Source: Dickeya dadantii NCPPB 898 (lineage in GTDB: Bacteria > Pseudomonadota > Gammaproteobacteria > Enterobacterales > Enterobacteriaceae). Taken from it: DNA of 17,000 bases. Where the stretch lies: NCBI RefSeq assembly GCF_000406145.1, contig NZ_CM001976.1:1814961-1831960 (forward strand), written 5' to 3'. Position 1 is the first letter of the stretch, and every line of letters begins with the position of its first letter. Positions 7,619-13,910 of this stretch are shown here, one piece after another. Both the position numbers and the translations under genes were made by a program. Under the pieces are notes generated by a model that was given only the letters and a program-made list of their open reading frames with translations, had not been told where the DNA came from and ran no database searches.

Positions 7619-10600
7619 ATGCGATACGACACCATCCCTGCACAAGCGATACGCCATGACAGCTCCCGGATGGATGGAGAGCAATGGCCACTCAGCTCTC
7701 CTCAGCAGGTCATATGGTTGGAGCAAATACTTCACCCAGACTCCAGTCACTATAATCTGGGCCTGCTCTATCGTATTGAGGGCAGGCTTGATCAGGCACT
7801 GTTCGTCCAGGCGGTAGAAATTTCTGTGGAGCGCCACGATGCGCTGCGCCTGCAACTTAAAGAGATCAATGAGCCCATTCAGGTACTCTGTAACAGCGCG
7901 CCTATCCCGACTCGTATCCACGACCTGTCTGGTTGCACAGACCCGGAAGCTGAGCTGGATAAACACGTCAACGCCCTGGTTAGGCAGGCGTTTGACTTAA
8001 CAGGGCAACTCTGGCGTTCTGACTTGCTGCGGATTAGCGAGTCGTGCTGGTATTGGCATTGTTGCTGTCATCATTTGATTCTGGATGGTCGTAATATCAT
8101 CCTGATTATGAGAGAGGTTGCGGATACGTATACCCGCTTGATCAATAAAGTGGGTATGGCGGAACGAGCGCCATCCTACCTCGATTTTATTACAGAGGAT
8201 CTCGCCTATTTCCATTCAGCGGGCTATAGCCAGGACCGGGATTTCTGGTTGGAGCGTTATGCAACGCTGCCCCCAATACTCATTCCTGCAAATAGTACTC
8301 ACATGAGTCATGAGGTGTCCGAGTCACCGCTACGTTGGCAGCTTGAGGCACCGCTATTAAAAACCATCGAGGCAATGCTTAATGAACACCGCCTATCGCT
8401 GTTGCACTTTATGTATGCGTTGTTGGCATGCTACTTCACGCGAACGACGGGTGAGCGGGACATCGTCATTGGTATTCCGGTGCATAACCGTCGTAACGCC
8501 AGGCAAAAAAATACGATAGGGATGTTCGCATCCGTCATTCCTGTGAGGATTTGCATAGCGGATCAGGATACATTCCTGGATGTGATGCATAAATGTGCAA
8601 GCGAACTGCGAAAGTGTCATAAACATCAACGCTTTCCTATATCGGAAATCAATCGTCACACTAGAGTCCAGCAAAAGACTGGACGTTCTCAGCTATTTGA
8701 TATTTTGCTATCGCTGGAGTTGTTCGAAACGAATGCGTCAATGGAGTACTGTAGTATTAGCCTGGTCGGGGTGCATCGCGGCACTTCCAATCCGCTTGCC
8801 ATCAGTATTCAACAATACAAGTACTCCCAAGATGATGACAATACGCCTGTTACCATTGAGTTCAGTTGTGCACCAGGCCATTTGAGCAAGATGGAGGTCG
8901 AGGCGCTACAGCGACGGCTGAGCGTGTTATTAGGGGCAGCGCTTCGTGGTCCAGATACGCTGATTAACCACTTATCGATGTTATCTGACGCCGAGCGTCG
9001 GCAATTACTGGCCGACTTCAATGCGACGCAGGCGGCGTTCCCGCAAGAGACGCTGCTCCACCAGCTGTTCGAAGGGCAGGTCGGGCAGACGCCGGACGCC
9101 ACCGCGGTGGTCTTTGACGGGCAGTCGCTGAGCTATGCTGAACTGAATGCCCGCGCCAATCGCGTTGCACACAGCCTGATTAGCCTGGGCGTGCAGCCGG
9201 ACGAACGGGTGGCAGTCTGTGCAGAGCGCAGCCTGGAGATGGTGGTGGGTATCCTGGCGATCCTCAAGGCCGGTGGCGCGTATGTGCCGCTGGATCCGGC
9301 ATACCCTTCAGCGCGTCTGGCGTATATGCTCGCGGATGCACAGCCGGTGGCGCTTCTCACGCAAAGGGCGTTGCAGGCAAACCTGGGTTCAGACCTGCCG
9401 ACACTGCTGCTCGATGCCGACATGGGCAGCACAGACAGCGACAACCCGGTTGTTCCGGGCCTGAGTGCCAGGCACCTTGCCTATGTGATCTACACCTCCG
9501 GATCGACCGGGCAGCCCAAAGGGGTGGCGATGCAGGCTGCGGCACTCCTGAACTTATTATATTGGCATCGACAAGAACCGTCATCGATCACGATGGCAGA
9601 CAAAACATTACAGTTTGCAGCACTGGGGTTTGACGTTGCCTTTCAGGAAATATTCGCAACATTAAGCCAGGGGGGATCGCTGGTCTTGATCCGTGAAGAG
9701 ACGCGACGGAACCCTTTGGCAATACTGCATTTAATTGAGAAAGAACACATCACACGGATATTTTTGCCTTACATTGCATTACAGCAACTGGCAGAAACCA
9801 CTAATCTGCAGACCATTAATTTAAAATGTTTAAAACACATTGTTACTGCCGGTGAGCAGTTACACATTACCCCCGCTATACGCAAGCTATTACAAGCTAA
9901 CCCGCATTGCCAATTACATAACCATTATGGCCCGAGCGAAACACATGTCGTTACGAGCTATATTCTGAATTCACCCAGTGAGTTAAACATCAGTTTTCCG
10001 CCCATTGGCCGACCGATCGCCAACACCCGGATCTACATCCTCGACCCGCATGGCCAGCCGGTTCCGGTGGGTGTCAGGGGGGAAATCCACATCGCCGGCG
10101 CCGGCGTTGCCCGGGGCTATCTGAACCGCCCGGAACTCACCGCTGCGCGCTTCCTGGCGGATCCGTTCGCAGGCCAGCCCGGTGCGCGGATGTACCGAAC
10201 CGGGGATCTGGGACGCTGGCTGCCGGATGGCACGATCGAATACCTGGGCCGTAATGACTGCCAGGTCAAAATCCGGGGCTTCCGTATCGAACCCGGAGAG
10301 ATCGAAGCGTGTCTGGTACAGTGCGCCGGCGTGCGCGAAGCGGTGGTGATTGCACGCGAAGACAGCCCGGGTGACAGGCGTCTGGTGGCCTATCTGGTCG
10401 CGGAAGCCGGTATCCTTCCCGAACCCGCCGGGCTGCGTCAGGCGCTGGCGCAGCAACTGGCGGACTATATGCTGCCGTCGGCGTATGTGCGGCTGGATGC
10501 GCTGCCGCTGACGCCCAACGGCAAGCTCGATCGCCACGCCTTGCCCGCGCCGGATCAGGGCGCGGTGGTCAGCCGGGGCTATGAGGCGCCGGCAGGCGAG

Positions 10601-10717
10601 ATTGAAACGGCGCTGGCGCAAATCTGGCAGGATGTGCTGGGGGTGGCGCGCGTCGGACGGCACGATCACTTCTTCGAACTCGGCGGGCATTCGCTGCTGA
10701 CTGTCACAGCTGATTGA
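7619..10717 (+). CDS. NRPS segment 1: C1-A1-(N-terminal part of T1)
   Basis: 1032-aa ORF ending ...FFELGGHSLLTVTAD*, only 7 codons after the phosphopantetheinyl Ser codon (10691-10693). Confidence 0.85.
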   Translation: MRYDTIPAQAIRHDSSRMDGEQWPLSSPQQVIWLEQILHPDSSHYNLGLLYRIEGRLDQALFVQAVEISVERHDALRLQLKEINEPIQVLCNSAPIPTRIHDLSGCTDPEAELDKHVNALVRQAFDLTGQLWRSDLLRISESCWYWHCCCHHLILDGRNIILIMREVADTYTRLINKVGMAERAPSYLDFITEDLAYFHSAGYSQDRDFWLERYATLPPILIPANSTHMSHEVSESPLRWQLEAPLLKTIEAMLNEHRLSLLHFMYALLACYFTRTTGERDIVIGIPVHNRRNARQKNTIGMFASVIPVRICIADQDTFLDVMHKCASELRKCHKHQRFPISEINRHTRVQQKTGRSQLFDILLSLELFETNASMEYCSISLVGVHRGTSNPLAISIQQYKYSQDDDNTPVTIEFSCAPGHLSKMEVEALQRRLSVLLGAALRGPDTLINHLSMLSDAERRQLLADFNATQAAFPQETLLHQLFEGQVGQTPDATAVVFDGQSLSYAELNARANRVAHSLISLGVQPDERVAVCAERSLEMVVGILAILKAGGAYVPLDPAYPSARLAYMLADAQPVALLTQRALQANLGSDLPTLLLDADMGSTDSDNPVVPGLSARHLAYVIYTSGSTGQPKGVAMQAAALLNLLYWHRQEPSSITMADKTLQFAALGFDVAFQEIFATLSQGGSLVLIREETRRNPLAILHLIEKEHITRIFLPYIALQQLAETTNLQTINLKCLKHIVTAGEQLHITPAIRKLLQANPHCQLHNHYGPSETHVVTSYILNSPSELNISFPPIGRPIANTRIYILDPHGQPVPVGVRGEIHIAGAGVARGYLNRPELTAARFLADPFAGQPGARMYRTGDLGRWLPDGTIEYLGRNDCQVKIRGFRIEPGEIEACLVQCAGVREAVVIAREDSPGDRRLVAYLVAEAGILPEPAGLRQALAQQLADYMLPSAYVRLDALPLTPNGKLDRHALPAPDQGAVVSRGYEAPAGEIETALAQIWQDVLGVARVGRHDHFFELGGHSLLTVTAD
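7685..8980 (+). other. C1: N-terminal condensation domain (no upstream carrier domain in cis)
   Basis: WPLSSPQQVIWLEQILHPDSSHYNLG (C1-like motif). Active site HHLILDG at 8069-8089. IGMFASVIPVRI and HQRFPISEI (C5/C6-like motifs). Confidence 0.8.
8985..9526 (+). repeat. intragenic repeat A, copy 1 (C-A linker to A3 motif of module 1)
   Basis: Aligns gap-free with 12235-12776 (offset 3250). I count 8 mismatches in 542 nt. Confidence 0.95.
9030..10540 (+). other. A1: adenylation domain, extracted code D-V-Q-F-V-A-H-V-V-K (proline-like)
   Basis: Motifs LSYAELNARAN, LKAGGAYVPLDP, YTSGSTGQPKGV, FDVAFQE, NHYGPSE, GEIHIAGAGVARGYLNRPELT, YRTGDLGR, GRNDCQVKIRGFRIEPGEIE, NGKLDR. Code positions were placed by hand alignment to GrsA-PheA (235,236,239,278,299,301,322,330,331,517). 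Confidence 0.8.
10004..10692 (+). repeat. intragenic repeat B, copy 1 (IGRPIANT... through A6-A10 to the GGHS of T1)
   Basis: Aligns with 13221-13910 (offset 3217, becoming 3218 after the 1-nt indel). I count 23 substitutions plus 1 indel in about 689 nt. Confidence 0.95.
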
Positions 10718-10800
10718 ACGGTTGCGCCGTCTGGAGATGAAACTGGATGTGCGTAGTGTCTTTAGTACGCCTACCCTCAGTGATATGGCACGGGCGATTG
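10580..10800 (+). other. T1: peptidyl carrier domain, disrupted by a +1 frameshift near 10706
   Basis: YEAPAGEIETALAQIWQDVLGVARVGRHDHFFELGGHSLLTV / QLIERLRRLEMKLDVRSVFSTPTLSDMARAI. Skipping one nucleotide at about 10706 restores a canonical PCP. Confidence 0.85.
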
Positions 10801-13800
10801 GCCAGCCGCAAGGGAATACGGGCGCCTTTGTGGCGCCACCGAACCTGATTCCCGATGGGTGTACGGCAATCACCCCAGAAATGCTGCCGTTAGTCGCGCT
10901 CTCCCAGGCGGAGATCGAGACTATCGTTGCGGCCATTCCGGGGGGCGCGGCCAACGTTCAGGACATTTATCCGCTCGCGCCACTGCAGGAGGGGATATTG
11001 TTTCATCACCTGCTACAGCAACAGGGTGATAACTATTTGTTGCGCAGCATCCTGGCCTTTGATTCACGCTCGCGTCTGGATGCCTTCCTCAGTGCCTTGC
11101 AGCAGGTGATCGATCGTCACGATATTCTGCGCAGCAGTCTGTGTTGGCACCACCTGCCCCAGCCGGTGCAGGTGGTATGGCGCCAGGCCAGCTTGCCTGT
11201 GGCCGAACTTCCGCTTGTGAGCGAAGAAGACGCACTGACGCAACTGCAGGCGTACTCGGATCCGCGTACACGCCGCCTTGATCTGGGCCGCGCGCCGCTG
11301 TTCTTTAGCGATATCGCCTACGACGCCAGGCAGGACGAATGGTTGCTGGCGCTGGGATTCCACCACATTGTGACTGATCATATGAGCCTGGAATTGATCG
11401 TCGCGGAGATTGGCGAGATTCAGCAGGGGAGGGGAGCGGGCTTGGCACCCTGCTTCCCCTACCGCCACTTTGTTGCACAAAGCCGCAGTGTGCCAGCGGC
11501 AGTCCATGAGGAGTACTTCCGCAGTCAGTTGCAGGAGGTTGAAGAGCCCACTGCACCCTTTGGCATTCTTGAGCCGACACAGGATAACGCGGAGATTGCC
11601 GAAGCCCGGCTGATGCTGGATAGCGACCTGGCCATGGCCATTCGTCAGCAGGCACGACAACTGGGTATCAGCCCTGGCGTGTTGTTCCATGTTGCCTGGG
11701 CGCAGGTACTGGCGCAAACCAGCGGATGTGACGATGTGGTCTTTGGTACCGTGCTACTCGGCCGTTTGCAAGGGGGGGCCAATGCTGGACAGACGCTGGG
11801 CATGTTTATCAATACGTTGCCGCTGCGTCTGACGCTGGCACAGCAAGGTGTGCTGGAGGTGGTGCATGGCGCCTACCGTCAGTTGATGGTGCTGCTTGAA
11901 CATGAGCAGGCACCATTGTCGCTGGCACAACGCTGTAGCGGTGTTGCGCCGTTACTGCCACTATTTGGTAGCCTGCTTAATTACCGCCATAGTCGTGCAG
12001 CAGAGACTCTACAGGCATGGGAGGGGATGCGAATGCAGTATTTTGAGGAGCGCACCCACTATCCGTTTGCCCTGTTTGTCGACGATCTGGGCCAGGACTT
12101 TAGTCTGACGGCACAGTGTGTATCGGCTATCGACCCGGCACGGCTCAATGCGTATATGCTGACGGCGATGACAGGACTGCTGCAGGCCTTGGCATCGGAT
12201 CCGCGACAGCAAATTCTGAGCATACCGATTCTGCCTGACGCCGAGCGTCGGCACTTACTGGCCGGCTTCAATGCGACGCAGGCGGCGTTCCCGCAAGAGA
12301 CGCTGCTCCACCAACTGTTCGAAGGGCAGGTCGGGCAGACGCCGGACGCCACCGCGGTGGTCTTTGACGGGCAGTCGCTGAGCTATGCTGAACTGAATGC
12401 CCGCGCCAATCGCGTTGCACACAGCCTGATTAGCCTGGGCGTGCAGCCGGACGAACGGGTGGCAGTCTGTGCAGAGCGCAGCCTGGAGATGGTGGTGGGT
12501 ATCCTGGCGATCCTCAAGGCCGGTGGCGCGTATGTGCCGCTGGATCCGGCATACCCTTCGGCGCGTCTGGCGTATATGCTCGCGGATGCACAGCCGGTGG
12601 CGCTTCTCACGCAAAGGGCGTTGCAGGCAAACCTGGGTTCAGGCCTGCCGACACTGCTGCTCGATGCCGACATGGGCAGCACAGACAGCGACAACCCGGT
12701 TGTTCCGGGCCTGAGTGCCAGGCACCTTGCCTATGTGATCTACACCTCCGGATCGACCGGACAGCCGAAGGGGGTGATGGTTGAGCATGCTTCGGTCGTT
12801 AATTTCTTGTCCTCAATGACAACGCAGCCCGGCTTGAGTGCTAATGACAAGTTGTTGGCATTGACGACCTTAAGCTTCGATATTGCTGGACTAGAGCTCT
12901 ATTTGCCGTTGATCAGGGGGGCTCAATGTCTTCTTGTTTCGCATGAAACGAGCAAGCAGGCTGATAAGTTGTGTGGGATGATCGAGCGCCTCAGGCCTAG
13001 TGTGATACAAGCCACTCCATCCACCTGGTCCATGCTTTTGCAGCAGGACTGGATTCCAGGAGCAGGACTTAAAGTGTTGTGTGGTGGTGAAGCAATGAGC
13101 AGCACGCTCAGGCAACAGTTAATAGCGAGTGCTGCAGAAGTCTGGAACCTTTATGGACCGACTGAAACCACAATATGGTCGCTCACATCACGGGTTCTTT
13201 CTATGGAGGGAACCTTGTCAATTGGCCGTCCGATCGCCAACACCCGGATCTACATCCTCGACCCGCATGGTCAGCCGGTTCCGGTGGGTGTCAGGGGGGA
13301 AATCCACATCGCCGGCGCCGGCGTTGCCCGGGGCTATCTGAACCGCCCGGAACTCACCGCTGCGCGTTTCCTGGCGGATCCGTTCGCAGGCCAGCCCGGT
13401 GCGCGGATGTACCGAACCGGGGACCTGGGACGCTGGCTGCCGGATGGCACGATCGAATACCTGGGTCGTAATGACTGCCAGGTCAAAATCCGGGGCTTCC
13501 GTATCGAACCCGGAGAGATCGAAGCGTGTCTGGTGCAGTGCGACGGCGTGCGCGAAGCGGTGGTGATTGCACGCGAAGACAGCCCGGGTGACAGGCGTCT
13601 GGTGGCCTACCTGGTCGCGGAAGCCGGTATTCCTCCCCGAACCCGCCGGGCTGCGTCAGGCACTGGCGCAGCAGCTGGCGGACTATATGCTGCCGTCGGC
13701 CTTTGTGCGGCTGGATGCGCTGCCGCTGACGCCCAACGGCAAGCTCGATCGCAAGGCCTTACCGGCCCCGGATCAGAGCGCGGTGGTCAGCCGGGGCTAT

Positions 13801-13802
13801 GA
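10722..13802 (+). CDS. NRPS segment 2: (C-terminal part of T1)-C2-A2 up to the A9 region; the last ~55 codons are out-of-frame read-through
   Basis: This frame is open from 10701 and encodes (S)QLIERLRRLEMKLDVRSVFSTPTLSDMARAI, the rest of T1. The TTG at 10722 has no Shine-Dalgarno sequence. The tail IPPRTRRAASGTGAAAGG... is the shifted reading of the A2 C-terminus. Confidence 0.8.
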   Translation: MRRLEMKLDVRSVFSTPTLSDMARAIGQPQGNTGAFVAPPNLIPDGCTAITPEMLPLVALSQAEIETIVAAIPGGAANVQDIYPLAPLQEGILFHHLLQQQGDNYLLRSILAFDSRSRLDAFLSALQQVIDRHDILRSSLCWHHLPQPVQVVWRQASLPVAELPLVSEEDALTQLQAYSDPRTRRLDLGRAPLFFSDIAYDARQDEWLLALGFHHIVTDHMSLELIVAEIGEIQQGRGAGLAPCFPYRHFVAQSRSVPAAVHEEYFRSQLQEVEEPTAPFGILEPTQDNAEIAEARLMLDSDLAMAIRQQARQLGISPGVLFHVAWAQVLAQTSGCDDVVFGTVLLGRLQGGANAGQTLGMFINTLPLRLTLAQQGVLEVVHGAYRQLMVLLEHEQAPLSLAQRCSGVAPLLPLFGSLLNYRHSRAAETLQAWEGMRMQYFEERTHYPFALFVDDLGQDFSLTAQCVSAIDPARLNAYMLTAMTGLLQALASDPRQQILSIPILPDAERRHLLAGFNATQAAFPQETLLHQLFEGQVGQTPDATAVVFDGQSLSYAELNARANRVAHSLISLGVQPDERVAVCAERSLEMVVGILAILKAGGAYVPLDPAYPSARLAYMLADAQPVALLTQRALQANLGSGLPTLLLDADMGSTDSDNPVVPGLSARHLAYVIYTSGSTGQPKGVMVEHASVVNFLSSMTTQPGLSANDKLLALTTLSFDIAGLELYLPLIRGAQCLLVSHETSKQADKLCGMIERLRPSVIQATPSTWSMLLQQDWIPGAGLKVLCGGEAMSSTLRQQLIASAAEVWNLYGPTETTIWSLTSRVLSMEGTLSIGRPIANTRIYILDPHGQPVPVGVRGEIHIAGAGVARGYLNRPELTAARFLADPFAGQPGARMYRTGDLGRWLPDGTIEYLGRNDCQVKIRGFRIEPGEIEACLVQCDGVREAVVIAREDSPGDRRLVAYLVAEAGIPPRTRRAASGTGAAAGGLYAAVGLCAAGCAAADAQRQARSQGLTGPGSERGGQPGL
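10962..12230 (+). other. C2: condensation domain with N-terminal HHLxxxxGD motif and variant active site HHIVTDH
   Basis: DIYPLAPLQEGILFHHLLQQQGDNYL (HHLLQQQGD at 11004-11030). HHIVTDH at 11361-11381. LGMFINTLPLRL. Confidence 0.8.
12235..12776 (+). repeat. intragenic repeat A, copy 2 (module 2)
   Basis: See copy 1. Both copies start at CTGACGCCGAGCGTCGG (..DAERR..) and end at ..AAGGGGTG (..PKGV). Confidence 0.95.
12280..13755 (+). other. A2: adenylation domain, extracted code D-I-L-Q-L-G-L-I-W-K (glycine), with a +1 frameshift at about 13630-13638
   Basis: Motifs as in A1, except for the core: SFDIAGLE, LCGGEAM, NLYGPTETTIW. K517 equivalent lies in QVKIRG. Confidence 0.8.
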
Positions 13803-13910
13803 GGCGCCGGCAGGCGAGATTGAAACGGCGCTGGCGCAAATCTGGCAGGATGTGCTGGGTGTGGCGCGTGTTGGACGGCACGATCACTTCTTCGAGCTCG
13901 GCGGGCATTC
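13221..13910 (+). repeat. intragenic repeat B, copy 2 (module 2)
   Basis: See copy 1. Identity ends within the Ser codon of GGHS (TCG versus TCT) in both modules. Confidence 0.95.

Noticed and set aside
7475-7966. 163-aa minus-strand ORF spanning the IS fragment and the NRPS start.
   Set aside because: It is antisense to two independently supported plus-strand readings (IS3 OrfA-like and the C1 domain) and has no motifs.
9983-10954. 323-aa minus-strand ORF. Similar long antisense ORFs occur at 11064-11717, 12255-12614, 9133-9444/12383-12694 and 8809-9102/12059-12352.
   Set aside because: All lie antisense to the GC-rich parts of the NRPS. Their translations are low-complexity Arg/Ala/Pro-rich with no recognisable motifs. 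These are typical shadow ORFs of high-GC coding sequence, and the duplicates merely mirror the intragenic repeats.
10694-13802. The idea that the three NRPS ORFs are genuinely separate subunits or use programmed frameshifting.
   Set aside because: The breaks fall inside single domains (T1, A2), not at inter-module linkers or docking regions. The downstream ORFs lack start and SD signals in the right place. No slippery heptamer or stimulatory structure is evident. Mutation or sequencing error is simpler.
8985-13910. Large internal repeats considered as a CRISPR array or tandem-repeat array.
   Set aside because: There are only two copies of each repeat. They are 542 and 689 nt long, in frame, and encode A/T-domain sequence. 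This is module duplication or gene conversion, not a repeat-spacer array.
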